Source: Candidatus Limnocylindrales bacterium (GTDB taxonomy: Bacteria > Chloroflexota > Limnocylindria > QHBO01). From it: 64,000 bases of DNA. The position numbers were made by a program, and so were the translations under genes. Below the pieces are notes generated by a model. It saw only the letters and a list, made by a program, of their open reading frames with translations, searched no databases and had not been told where the DNA came from. Each line of letters begins with the position of its first letter. Position 1 is the first letter of the stretch. This document shows, piece by piece, positions 54,025-63,019 of the stretch. Location: positions 458 through 64,457 of the forward strand of contig DATLGA010000059.1 of the NCBI GenBank assembly GCA_035540715.1, written 5' to 3'.

Positions 54025-54467
54025 GGAGCCGGCTCCACCAGCCGATGCGGGCGCCGTTGGAGCGCATCTTCGCGCTGGCCGCCGATGTCGAGCGCTGGCC
54101 GGAGATGCTGCCCCACTACCGGTACGTCCGGCCGGTCCCCGATCCGAACGGAGAGCGCCGTTTCGCGATGGGGGCGCGGCGCGGTCCGATCCCCGTCCGC
54201 TGGGAGGCGATCCAGCGCCCCAGGCCGGACGAGCGGACGATCGAGTTCGTCCACACCGGCGGCGTGACACGCGGGATGTGGGTCGCCTGGCGGTTCGAGG
54301 AGCGCGACGGGCTCGTCGACGTGAGCATCGAGCACCGGCTCGAGCTCGAGTGGCCCCTGATCGGCAAGTTCGCGGCCGACCACGTCGTCGGCCCCCAGTT
54401 CATCGAGGCCATCGCCGGGCGCACGCTGCGCCGCATCCGCGACCTCGCGGAGGCGCGGAGCCGATGA
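54021..54467 (+). CDS. SRPBCC-superfamily protein (polyketide cyclase/dehydrase, START-like)
   Basis: About 148 aa. The pattern (ERIFALAADVERWPEMLPHY... W.A.Q......I.F.H..G...GM.V.W.F) resembles cyclase/dehydrase family members. GTG 54021 overlaps the upstream stop; ATG 54045 is an alternative start. Confidence 0.7.
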   Translation: MRSRLHQPMRAPLERIFALAADVERWPEMLPHYRYVRPVPDPNGERRFAMGARRGPIPVRWEAIQRPRPDERTIEFVHTGGVTRGMWVAWRFEERDGLVDVSIEHRLELEWPLIGKFAADHVVGPQFIEAIAGRTLRRIRDLAEARSR

Positions 54468-55708
54468 CCTCGCGGCGCGTGGTCGTGACCGGCATCGGGG
54501 CGATCACGCCGATCGGCTCCGGTGCCAGGGGACTGTGGCAGGGCGTCCTCGACAACCGATCGGCGGTCCGGGCGATCGATCGGTTCGACGCCTCGCCCTT
54601 CCCCTCGCGCATCGCGGCGCAGGTCGACGACTTCGACCCCGCCGACCACCTGGACCCGCGCCGCGCGCGCCGTCTCGACCGGTTCAGCGCGCTGGCCGTG
54701 GCGGCGTCGCGGATGGCGCTCGACCACGCGCGGCTGGCGCCGCCGAACGGCAACGCGGCGCGCACCGGCGTCTGGATCGGATCGGCCCTCGGGGGTATCG
54801 CCTTCGGCGAGGAACAGCACGCCGGATACGTCGCGCGAGGCATTCGGGGCGTGGCCCCGACGCTCGCGCTGGCCGTCTTCGGCGGAGCGGGGGCGAGCAA
54901 CGTGGCACTCGACCTCGGGCTGACCGGCCCGGCGGTCGGCAACGCGAACTCGTGCGCGTCGGGCGCCGTCGCGATCGGACAGGCCCTGCAGGCCATCCGC
55001 GACGGAACCGTCGACGTGGCGCTGGCCGGCGGCGCGGAGGCGCCGCTGGCTCCGCTGACCTTCGGCGCCTTCGCGATGATCCGCGTGCTGTCCCAACGCA
55101 ACGAAGACCCGGGCACGGCCTCGCGCCCGTTCGACCGCCACCGAGACGGCTTCGTGATGGGCGAGGGCGCCGCGGTCCTCGTGCTCGAGGAGCGCGACGC
55201 GGCGCGCCGTCGCGGCGCACGGGTGCTCGCCGAGCTGCTCGGTTTCGGCGCCTCGAACGACGCGTATCACATGACGGCACCGCGGCCGGACGGGCGCGAC
55301 GCCGCCCGGGCGATGGCGGCCGCGCTCGCCGACGCGCGGATCGAACCGAGTCGCGTCGGCTACGTGAACGCGCACGGCTCGAGCACGCCGCTCAACGAGG
55401 CGGCCGAGGCACGGGCCATCCGGGCGGCCTTCGGCCACGCGGCCGCCGATCTCCCGGTGTCCGGGACGAAGGGCCTCTACGGTCACGCGCTCGGCGCATC
55501 CGGCGCGATCGAGGCCGCCATCACCGCCCTGGCCCTCCATCACGGCATCCTGCCGGGGACCTGCAACCTCCTCGAGCCCGATCCGGAGATCGACCTGTGC
55601 GTGCTCGGCGAGCCGCTCGATGCCGAGGTGGAGGCCGCCGTCAGCAATTCCTTCGGATTCGGCGGGATGAACGCCTCGCTCGTGCTCGGCCGCGACGCCG
55701 GAGCCTAG
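54464..55708 (+). CDS. Beta-ketoacyl synthase (KAS II / FabF-like condensing enzyme)
   Basis: Contains VVVTGIGAITPIG. The Cys-His-His triad is intact (NSCASG, NAHGSSTP, KGLYGHALGASG). ATGA overlap with the SRPBCC gene. Confidence 0.88.
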   Translation: MTSRRVVVTGIGAITPIGSGARGLWQGVLDNRSAVRAIDRFDASPFPSRIAAQVDDFDPADHLDPRRARRLDRFSALAVAASRMALDHARLAPPNGNAARTGVWIGSALGGIAFGEEQHAGYVARGIRGVAPTLALAVFGGAGASNVALDLGLTGPAVGNANSCASGAVAIGQALQAIRDGTVDVALAGGAEAPLAPLTFGAFAMIRVLSQRNEDPGTASRPFDRHRDGFVMGEGAAVLVLEERDAARRRGARVLAELLGFGASNDAYHMTAPRPDGRDAARAMAAALADARIEPSRVGYVNAHGSSTPLNEAAEARAIRAAFGHAAADLPVSGTKGLYGHALGASGAIEAAITALALHHGILPGTCNLLEPDPEIDLCVLGEPLDAEVEAAVSNSFGFGGMNASLVLGRDAGA

Positions 55709-56112
55709 TCCGCGTCCGTCCCCTCGAACGCCCACGCGAGGGCCGCCTCGAAGCCCTCGGTGCCCGCTGCCTTGTCCACGATGCGGGCGTGCTCGTCGGC
55801 GCGGATCATGGCCGGAAGCAGCTCGGGCGGGCTGCCGGTCCAGTAGATCACCGGCACGCGCGGATACCGGTGCCGGGTGGCCAGGAAGAGGGCCGCGCTG
55901 AGCTCGTGCTCGAGGCGCCAGTCGAGGACCACGGCGGCCGGGGGCGAGGAGCCGCGCAGGGCGCTCAGGAACGGCAGCGGAGAGCGGAAGACGCTCGGCG
56001 CCGCGCCGAACTGCTGGCACAGCTCAGCCGCGAGCGTCGCCGCAGCCGGTTCGTCCTCGACGATCCAGACGCGGCGCGCCCACGCCGGATCGACGGCGAC
56101 ATGCTCGCTCAC
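55705..56112 (-). CDS. Stand-alone response-regulator receiver domain protein
   Basis: Contains WIVEDE, VVLDWRL (acceptor Asp), IYWTG (Thr) and VDK (Lys). No output domain. Its stop codon overlaps the ketosynthase stop (CTAG). Confidence 0.75.
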   Translation of the reverse strand: MSEHVAVDPAWARRVWIVEDEPAAATLAAELCQQFGAAPSVFRSPLPFLSALRGSSPPAAVVLDWRLEHELSAALFLATRHRYPRVPVIYWTGSPPELLPAMIRADEHARIVDKAAGTEGFEAALAWAFEGTDAD

Positions 56113-56171
56113 GCGCTGCGGCCGTGCACGCCGCGTGCCGATCGCTCAGGCAGGATCTACCATGGGCCTCG

Positions 56172-57413
56172 ATGACCACTCCCCTCCGCCGGGCGACGAG
56201 CACGGTCTTCGTCGGCGGCGTGCCGGTCGGCTCGGCCCACCCGATCGTCGTCCAGTCGATGACGAACACCGATACCGCCGATGCCGACGCGACCGCGCTG
56301 CAGGTCGCGCAGCTGGCGCATGCCGGCTCCGAGCTGGTTCGCATCACGGTCAACAACGACGAGGCGGCCCGGGCCGTACCGGTCATCCGCGACAAGCTCG
56401 ACCGGCTCGGCGTCGACGTGCCGATCGTCGGCGACTTCCACTACAACGGTCATCTGCTCCTCACGCGATACCCGGAGATGGCGGCGGCGCTGGCGAAGTA
56501 CCGCATCAACCCCGGCAACGTCGGCACGAAACGCCGGGACGAGCAGTTCCTCCAGATCATCGGCGTCGCGGTCGCGAACGAGAAGCCGGTGCGCATCGGG
56601 GTGAACTGGGGGTCGCTCGACCAGCAGCTCCTCACCGAGATGATGGACGCGAACGCCGCCTCACCGTATCCGAAGGACAGCCGCGAGGTGATGATCGAGG
56701 CGATGATCGAGTCCGCGCTCCGATCGGCCCGCCTCGCCGAAGAGGCCGGCCTGGCGCACGATCGGATCATCATCAGCGCGAAGGTGTCGGGCGTGCAGGA
56801 TCTCGTGGAGGTCTACGCTCGACTCGCCGAGCGTTGCGATTACCCGCTCCACCTCGGACTGACCGAGGCCGGCATGGGCGCCAAGGGCATCATCACCTCG
56901 ACCGCAGGCCTCGCGATCCTGCTCCAGCGCGGGATCGGCGACACGATCCGGGTCAGTCTCACACCGGAGCCGGGTGGCGACCGCACGCAGGAGGTGCAGG
57001 TCGCGCAACAGGTGCTCCAGTCGATGGGCCTGCGCTCGTTCCTGCCGCAGGTCTCCGCCTGCCCAGGGTGCGGCCGGACGACGAGCACGTTCTTCCAGGA
57101 GATGGCGCGGGACATCCAGGCCTACCTCGTCGAGCAGATGCCGCGCTGGCGCGAGGCCCACCCGGGGGTCGAGGAGATGCGCGTCGCAGTCATGGGCTGC
57201 GTCGTGAACGGTCCGGGGGAGTCGAAGCACGCCGACATCGGCATCAGCCTGCCCGGCACGTTCGAGGAGCCGGTCGCGCCGGTCTTCGTCGACGGACAGA
57301 AGACCGAGACGCTTCGGGGCGACGACATCGTGCCACGCTTCCTCGCCATCCTCGACGGCTACGTCGAGCGCCGCTATCGGTCCCCGATGGCGGGCGCCGG
57401 GAGCGGCCGTTAA
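56172..57413 (+). CDS. ispG: 4-hydroxy-3-methylbut-2-en-1-yl diphosphate synthase (MEP pathway)
   Basis: Contains [30 protein letters not shown] and the C-terminal Fe-S cysteines (ACPGCGRT ... GC.VNGPGE). Start trimmed to ATG 56172. Confidence 0.93.
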   Translation: MTTPLRRATSTVFVGGVPVGSAHPIVVQSMTNTDTADADATALQVAQLAHAGSELVRITVNNDEAARAVPVIRDKLDRLGVDVPIVGDFHYNGHLLLTRYPEMAAALAKYRINPGNVGTKRRDEQFLQIIGVAVANEKPVRIGVNWGSLDQQLLTEMMDANAASPYPKDSREVMIEAMIESALRSARLAEEAGLAHDRIIISAKVSGVQDLVEVYARLAERCDYPLHLGLTEAGMGAKGIITSTAGLAILLQRGIGDTIRVSLTPEPGGDRTQEVQVAQQVLQSMGLRSFLPQVSACPGCGRTTSTFFQEMARDIQAYLVEQMPRWREAHPGVEEMRVAVMGCVVNGPGESKHADIGISLPGTFEEPVAPVFVDGQKTETLRGDDIVPRFLAILDGYVERRYRSPMAGAGSGR

Positions 57414-57859
57414 GCGCAGTCGCCGAGCGGCTGGCTCGGCACGTCGGGCGGGACGCGCGTCCAGCGTGGCTCGCCCGCCGTCGCGACGCCGCCCTCGTCG
57501 ATGACGATGCGCAGCACCAGGAAGCCCTCGGGCGGGACTCCGGCCGGTACCCGACCCTCGGCGGTGACGTCGCGATCGACGAGGATCTCGTAGTCGCCGC
57601 CGACGGTCCCGAACACGAGCATGACCCGATGGCACGCGGGAACTTCGCCCTCGCCGCCACCCGAAGAGGCCACCGCCTCGAACTCGTAACCGGCGACGGC
57701 CGGGACGTTCGACCGGTTGACGACCTCGAGGACGAGCTCCGGGCCGACGGCCGGGACCGCCTCCGGAGGCTGCATCGGGCCCCCACCGGGCAGGCAGGCG
57801 GTGGAGAGTGCGCCGAGCGCCGCCAGCACCGTGAGCGCGACGGCGCGTTGCCCCGTCAT
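57410..57859 (-). CDS. Hypothetical lipoprotein (149 aa)
   Basis: Signal peptide with a lipobox-like LSTAC. ATGA coupling to the upstream ABC-2 permease gene. No family recognised. Confidence 0.55.
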   Translation of the reverse strand: MTGQRAVALTVLAALGALSTACLPGGGPMQPPEAVPAVGPELVLEVVNRSNVPAVAGYEFEAVASSGGGEGEVPACHRVMLVFGTVGGDYEILVDRDVTAEGRVPAGVPPEGFLVLRIVIDEGGVATAGEPRWTRVPPDVPSQPLGDCA

Positions 57860-58596
57860 CGACGCGGCTCCCAAGTGAAGAAGCGCAGGGCCACGACGAC
57901 GCCCGCGGCGCCCCAGGCAGCGATCACCCCGAGCTCGGTCCACGGTACGCCTGCGGCGGCGCCCTCGCGGTAGAGCGCCATCATCGCGTCGGCCACGTGG
58001 CGGACCGGCAGGACGCGACTGACCGTGTTCAGCCACTGCGGCGCCCCGTCCATGTTGATGAAGACGTTGCTGATGAACAGGAGCGGCAGAATCGTGGCAT
58101 TCACGATGGCCGGCGCGGCATCCGCGCTGGGGATGAACCCGGTCATCGCGAGGCCGAGGGCGCTGAACGCGGCGGCCGAGACGGCCAGGACGAGAATGAG
58201 GACCGGCAGCGCCTCCCACGGAACCTCGATTCCGTAGGCGATCGCGCCGAAGCCGGCGACCGCCACGACGAGCAGGATCGCGATGACGATCGCGTGCCCG
58301 ATGCGACCTGCCAGGTACGCCCACAGTGGCAGCGGCGTTCCGCGCATCCGCTTCAGGATCCCCTCGTCGCGCGCGATGGTGACGGTGAGAGCCAGGTTCG
58401 TATAGGTCGCGGTCACCACCCCGAAGACGATGATGCCCGGCGTATAGAACGCCGCCGCGTCGCGCCCGAAGATGACGCTGAAGATCGCCATGAACAGCAG
58501 CGGGAAGGCGAACGTGAAAAAGGCGGCCGGCGGGTTGCGCCAGAACACGCGGTTCTCGTAGCCGACCTGGCGGAGCGCGAGCGCGAGATCGCTCAC
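57856..58596 (-). CDS. ABC-2 type exporter permease
   Basis: 246 aa with six hydrophobic segments, DrrB/ABC2_membrane-like. GTG 58596 overlaps the ATPase stop (GTGA). Confidence 0.8.
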   Translation of the reverse strand: MSDLALALRQVGYENRVFWRNPPAAFFTFAFPLLFMAIFSVIFGRDAAAFYTPGIIVFGVVTATYTNLALTVTIARDEGILKRMRGTPLPLWAYLAGRIGHAIVIAILLVVAVAGFGAIAYGIEVPWEALPVLILVLAVSAAAFSALGLAMTGFIPSADAAPAIVNATILPLLFISNVFINMDGAPQWLNTVSRVLPVRHVADAMMALYREGAAAGVPWTELGVIAAWGAAGVVVALRFFTWEPRR

Positions 58597-59495
58597 GGCT
58601 TCGGGCTCCCGGTGAGCTCGAGGTAGACGTCCTCGAGCGATGCACGGGCGACCTCGAGGTCGACGAGCTCGACGTCGCTGGCAAGCGCCCACCCGGTGAG
58701 CCGATGCAACGCCCCGGTCGGCTGGTCGGTCACGACCTCCCAGGCGGATCCATCGCCGGTGGCGTGGAGGTCGGCCGGCGGCGGAGCTCCGCCGGCCACC
58801 CGGAAGCGGATCCGGCTCGCGCGTCCGGCGGCGCCGATGAGCTCGTCGGCCGTTCCCGAGGCGATGATCCGCCCCTCCACGATGATCGCGAGGCGATCGG
58901 CGAGGGCGTGTGCCTCGTCCATGAAGTGCGTGGTGAGGAAGATGGTCTTGCCCAGCGCGGCCATGCCACGGAGCGTCTCCCAGGCCTGACGACGAGCCGA
59001 CGGATCGAACCCGGTGGTCGGCTCGTCCAGGAACAGGATCTCGGGGTCGCCGGCCAGGGCGATGGCCAGGTCGACGCGCCGCCGCTGACCGCCGGAGAGC
59101 TTCCTGATGCGCCGGTCGCGCTGCTGGACGAGACCGGTGAGCTCGAGCACCTCGGCCACGTCGCGCGGCCGGGGGTAGTAGCCGGCGATCATTTCGATCG
59201 CCTCGCGCACGGTGAGGTACTCGTCCACGCCCGTCTGCTGGAGGACGATCCCCACCCGCTCCTTCAGCACTCGCTCGTTGGCTCCGGGGTCCTGGCCGAG
59301 GACGCGAATGTCGCCGTCACTCCTCTGGCGGTGGCCCTCCAGGATCTCGACCGTCGTCGTCTTGCCCGCGCCGTTCGGTCCGAGCAGTGCGAAGACCTCA
59401 CCGGCCATCACGTCCAGATCGATCCCGCGGACGGCCTCGATGGCCCCGTACGACTTGCGGAGGCCTCGAATCTGGATAACCGGCTCGACGGCCAT
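58593..59495 (-). CDS. ABC transporter ATP-binding protein (DrrA/ABC-2 exporter type)
   Basis: Walker A GPNGAGKTT, signature LSGGQRRR, Walker B LFLDEPT. A TATCAT hexamer ends 6 nt upstream of the ATG, so the transcript may be leaderless. Confidence 0.9.
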   Translation of the reverse strand: MAVEPVIQIRGLRKSYGAIEAVRGIDLDVMAGEVFALLGPNGAGKTTTVEILEGHRQRSDGDIRVLGQDPGANERVLKERVGIVLQQTGVDEYLTVREAIEMIAGYYPRPRDVAEVLELTGLVQQRDRRIRKLSGGQRRRVDLAIALAGDPEILFLDEPTTGFDPSARRQAWETLRGMAALGKTIFLTTHFMDEAHALADRLAIIVEGRIIASGTADELIGAAGRASRIRFRVAGGAPPPADLHATGDGSAWEVVTDQPTGALHRLTGWALASDVELVDLEVARASLEDVYLELTGSPKP

Positions 59496-59559
59496 GCCGG
59501 AATGATACGCAGATTTGCGCAGGTCTTGTCCGCTCAGCGAGCAAGCGCCCGGCGAACGG

Positions 59560-59736
59560 TCAGAGCGACGTCGAGAGGAACGTCCAGGCCGCGATCGTGA
59601 AGGCGAGCACGATGAAGGTCACGAGCGCGAGAGGCAGGAAGGCCACGCTCACCGGCTGCCGTGGGGCCTCTCCGTAGTGGTCGGCCGGATCGTCGTGCGG
59701 CGCGTCCGTCCGCGTCGCGGGAAGGTTCCGCTCCAT
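59560..59736 (-). CDS. Small membrane protein (58 aa), last gene of the oxidase cluster; not in the ORF track
   Basis: My own translation is MERNLPATRTDAPHDDPADHYGEAPRQPVSVAFLPLALVTFIVLAFTIAAWTFLSTSL*. GAGGAG lies 5 nt upstream, and the ATG lies 2 nt after the TlpA-like stop. One clear transmembrane helix. Confidence 0.4.
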   Translation of the reverse strand: MERNLPATRTDAPHDDPADHYGEAPRQPVSVAFLPLALVTFIVLAFTIAAWTFLSTSL

Positions 59737-59738
59737 GC

Positions 59739-60308
59739 CTACTCCTCGTCGATGATGGCGGCGATCTTCTCTCCGAGCGACGCCGCCGAAAATTGGCCGA
59801 ACTGCCGCGCGACGATCGTGCCGTCACGACCGATGAAGAACGTCTCCGGTGGACCGAGGATGCCATACGCCGATGCGACGCGCTCGCCCGGATCCATCGC
59901 CGCCGGCCACGTCGCGCCGTTGCGGACCATGAAGTCGCGCGCCGCCTCGGAGCGATCCTGGTAGACGATCCCCACCACGACGAGCCCGTCGTCCGCGTGG
60001 CGCGCGGCGGCAGCGCGAAGCAGCGGGAACTCCTCGACGCAGGGTCCGCACCAGCTGGCCCAGAAGTTCACGACGAGCGGGCGGCCGCGCAGCTCGGCGA
60101 GGTGGATCGGGTTGCCGTCGAGATCGGCAAGCGAGAAGTCCGGCGCCACCGACCCCACCGCCGTCGGGGACGATACCGGTGCGCGCGCAGCGAGCATGAT
60201 CCCGAGGAGTCCGAGGAGGACGACCGGCAGCACCGCCGCGAGGACGAGGTGGCGCAGCGGGAGGCGTCGCAGATCCGGGCCGCTGCGGGCGGCCGCTCCG
60301 GCGGTCAT
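59739..60308 (-). CDS. TlpA/ResA-like membrane-anchored thiol:disulfide oxidoreductase
   Basis: N-terminal transmembrane helix and thioredoxin fold with FWASWCGPC. GAGGAG lies upstream of ATG 60308; the ORF-track start was trimmed. Confidence 0.85.
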   Translation of the reverse strand: MTAGAAARSGPDLRRLPLRHLVLAAVLPVVLLGLLGIMLAARAPVSSPTAVGSVAPDFSLADLDGNPIHLAELRGRPLVVNFWASWCGPCVEEFPLLRAAAARHADDGLVVVGIVYQDRSEAARDFMVRNGATWPAAMDPGERVASAYGILGPPETFFIGRDGTIVARQFGQFSAASLGEKIAAIIDEE

Positions 60309-60315
60309 CGGCTCC

Positions 60316-60666
60316 TCAGTGCGAGGCCCCGTCGTCATGGTGCGCGCCGTGCTCCACCTCCCGCCACTCGTGATTCGCCGCACGGACCCAGCCGATTGCC
60401 GCCAGCACGAGCAGGACGAGCCCGGGGATCATGAGGAAGGGATTCGCCAGCTCCTCCTCGCGGCGGAACGCCAGGCCGGCGCCGATGAGCGTCGCCGCCA
60501 CGCTGAAGACCACCGGGAGGAAGCTCGGATTCGGCATGTGCACCCCGGCAGGCGGTTTCGGATGCTCCCCGCGCGGTCCGCCGCGCGAGGCGATGGCGAA
60601 CACGATGCCGAGCACCACGAGCATCGCGATGCCGAGGAGGAGGAATCCGAATGCGGCGTCGGTCAT
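60316..60666 (-). CDS. Three-helix membrane protein, probable cytochrome c oxidase subunit IV-like component
   Basis: 116 aa with three hydrophobic helices, positioned immediately after the subunit III gene as ctaF is in other oxidase operons. The call is positional, with no diagnostic motif. Confidence 0.5.
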   Translation of the reverse strand: MTDAAFGFLLLGIAMLVVLGIVFAIASRGGPRGEHPKPPAGVHMPNPSFLPVVFSVAATLIGAGLAFRREEELANPFLMIPGLVLLVLAAIGWVRAANHEWREVEHGAHHDDGASH

Positions 60667-60681
60667 CGGTTCGATGGCTCC

Positions 60682-61296
60682 CTAGCGCAGGAAGTAGATC
60701 GTCGTGAACACGGCGATCCACACGACGTCGACGAAGTGCCAGTACATGCTGACCGCCTCGACCGCCACGTGGTTGCGAGCGCTGAACTGGCCGCGCATGG
60801 CCCGCGCCAGGATGATCGCCAGGCCCACGGCCCCGCCGAAGACGTGGGCGCCGTGGAACCCGGTCAGCGTGTAGAAGGTCGTTCCGAACGGGCCGTCGGC
60901 GATGCCGAAGCCCAGCATGCTGTAGTCGTACAGCTGGCCGATGAGGAACAGGACGCCGAGGGCCAGCGTGATGCCGGTCCACAGCTTCAGCTTGCCGGTG
61001 TCACCGCGGCGGATGGCCCACACGCCGAACTGCATGGTGAAGCTCGACGCCACGAGGATCACGGTCAGGACGGCCGCCAACGGCAGGTCGAGGTGGCCGC
61101 CCGGCGGCGGCTCCCAGGTACCGGCCGGAACGGCCGCGCGGGCGTTGAAGTAGGTCGCGAACAGCCCGCCGAAGAACATCACCTCGCTGGCGATGAAGAG
61201 CAGCATCCCCACGAGCGCGGTTGGCATCCCCTGCTGGTGCGGGACCTTCGGGTGGGGCTGCTCGGCCGGGCGGGCCGGCATCGACTGGGCGCTCAT
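60682..61296 (-). CDS. ctaE: Cytochrome c oxidase subunit III
   Basis: Contains LFIASEVMFFGGLF, FYTLTGFHGAHV and YWHFVDVVW motifs. ATGA overlap with the subunit I stop. Confidence 0.9.
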   Translation of the reverse strand: MSAQSMPARPAEQPHPKVPHQQGMPTALVGMLLFIASEVMFFGGLFATYFNARAAVPAGTWEPPPGGHLDLPLAAVLTVILVASSFTMQFGVWAIRRGDTGKLKLWTGITLALGVLFLIGQLYDYSMLGFGIADGPFGTTFYTLTGFHGAHVFGGAVGLAIILARAMRGQFSARNHVAVEAVSMYWHFVDVVWIAVFTTIYFLR

Positions 61297-62999
61297 ACGA
61301 GGTCCTCCGGCCGCTCTTCGATGTCGCCTGGCTTCTCGTCGACGAGCTCCTCCTCCACGAGGTCCTCGGGCCGCTCGGCCGGGTGGCCGTGCCCGTGGGT
61401 CAGGAAGAAGAGCGGCCGCTCCGAGTGGATGGGCGGGAGCCGATCGAAGTTGTGCGGCGGCGGTGGTGAGCTCGTCGCCCACTCCAGCGTGTTCGCCTCC
61501 CACGGGTCGTCACCGACGCGCTCGCCGTTGATGAAGGTGGCGACCACGTTGATGAGGAACGGGATGATGCTCACCGCGATCATGAACGCACCGATCGTCG
61601 ACACGAAGTTGAGGAGCGTCCAGCCGGCGTTGGGATCGTAGTCGGCGATCCGCCGCGGCATGCCGTCGAGGCCCAGCTGGTGCATCGGGAAGAATGCGAG
61701 GTTGAAGCCGATGAAGTGGATCCAGAAGTGGATCTTGCCGAGCGGCTCGTTGAGCCGACGGCCGGTCATCTTCGGGAACCAGTAGTAGGTCGCGGCGAAC
61801 ACGCCGAACACGGAGCCGCCGAAGAAGACGTAGTGCAGATGCGCCACCACGAAGTACGTGTCCTGGACGTGGAAGTCGAACGGCGGCTGGCCGAGCATGA
61901 CGCCGCTGATGCCGCCGATGAGGAACATCGACAGGAAGCCGAGCGCGAAGAGCATCGGCGTGGTCAGCATGAGCTTGCCGCGCCACAGCGTCCCGAGCCA
62001 GTTGAACATCTTCACCCCGGTCGGGATCGCGATCAGGGTCGTCATGAAGGCGAAGAACGGCAGGAACACGGCCCCGGTCGTGAACATGTGGTGCGCCCAC
62101 ACGCTGAAGCTCAGCAGGCCGATGGCGATCGTGGCGAAGACGAAGGCCTTGTAGCCGAAGAGCGGCTTGCGGCTGAAGACCGGCAGGACCTCGCTCACGA
62201 CGCCCATCGCCGGCAGGATGACGATGTAGACCTCGGGGTGGCCGAAGAACCAGAAGATGTGCTGCCACAGGATCGGGTTGCCGCCCACGCTCGGGTCGAA
62301 GAACGAGCCGCCGTAGTTGCGGTCGATGAAGAGCGCGATGAGGCCCGCGGTCAGGACCGGCGTGGCGAGCAGGATCAGCGTCGCGGTGACGAGGATCGTC
62401 CACACGAAGATCGGCATCCGGAACAGCGTCATGCCGGGCGCGCGCATCTTGAAGATCGTGGCGATGAAGTTCACCGCGCCGAGGATCGACGCCGTGCCGA
62501 CGAGCGTCAGGCCGATGATCCACAGGTCCGTGCCGACGTTGCGGGCGTACGGAGCATTCGAGAGCGGCGTGTACATCGTCCATCCCTCGGCCGCGGCACC
62601 GCCGAACAGGTAGCCCGAGAAGATGAGCCCCCCGCCGAGCGGCAGGAGCCAGAACGACAGCGCGTTGATGCGCGGGAACGCCATGTCGGGCGCGCCGAGT
62701 TGGAGCGGGACGATGTAGTTTCCGAAGCCCGCGAGCACCGGCACGATGAACAGGAAGATCATGATCGTCCCGTGCATCGTGAAGGCCTGGTTGTACGTGT
62801 CGTAATCGGTGAACTGCAGGCCCGGGACGGCCAGCTCGGCACGAATCAGGAGGGCCAGGATGCCGGCCGCGAAGAAGAACAGGAAGCTGTTGAGGATGTA
62901 TAGGATCCCGATCTTCTTGTGGTCGACGGTCGTCAGCCAGTCGAGCACCCAGGACTGCCGGTAGGTACCGGCGCGAGGCTCGAGCGTGGTGGTTGCCAT
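61293..62999 (-). CDS. ctaD: Cytochrome c oxidase subunit I (heme-copper oxidase, A-type)
   Basis: Contains DHKKIGILY, TMHGTIMIFLF, WFFGHPEVYI, HHMF and VVAHLHYV motifs. Start ATG 62999; the ORF-track extension is rejected. Confidence 0.95.
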   Translation of the reverse strand: MATTTLEPRAGTYRQSWVLDWLTTVDHKKIGILYILNSFLFFFAAGILALLIRAELAVPGLQFTDYDTYNQAFTMHGTIMIFLFIVPVLAGFGNYIVPLQLGAPDMAFPRINALSFWLLPLGGGLIFSGYLFGGAAAEGWTMYTPLSNAPYARNVGTDLWIIGLTLVGTASILGAVNFIATIFKMRAPGMTLFRMPIFVWTILVTATLILLATPVLTAGLIALFIDRNYGGSFFDPSVGGNPILWQHIFWFFGHPEVYIVILPAMGVVSEVLPVFSRKPLFGYKAFVFATIAIGLLSFSVWAHHMFTTGAVFLPFFAFMTTLIAIPTGVKMFNWLGTLWRGKLMLTTPMLFALGFLSMFLIGGISGVMLGQPPFDFHVQDTYFVVAHLHYVFFGGSVFGVFAATYYWFPKMTGRRLNEPLGKIHFWIHFIGFNLAFFPMHQLGLDGMPRRIADYDPNAGWTLLNFVSTIGAFMIAVSIIPFLINVVATFINGERVGDDPWEANTLEWATSSPPPPHNFDRLPPIHSERPLFFLTHGHGHPAERPEDLVEEELVDEKPGDIEERPEDLV

Positions 63000-63019
63000 G
63001 GGTCTCTCTTCGCGCTCCG

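Noticed and set aside
52021-56020. Two long minus-strand ORFs (52021..54270 and 54116..56020) opposite the methyltransferase/FAD/SRPBCC/ketosynthase cassette
   Set aside because: Antisense shadow ORFs, Arg/Pro/Gly/Ala-rich. The plus-strand genes have catalytic motifs and ATGA/GTGA coupling.
59534-59866. 110-aa minus-strand ORF from the track (Arg/Ser-rich)
   Set aside because: It overlaps the 3' end of the TlpA-like gene out of frame and has an implausible composition. A different frame in the same region gives a 58-aa protein with an RBS and a transmembrane helix, which I report instead.
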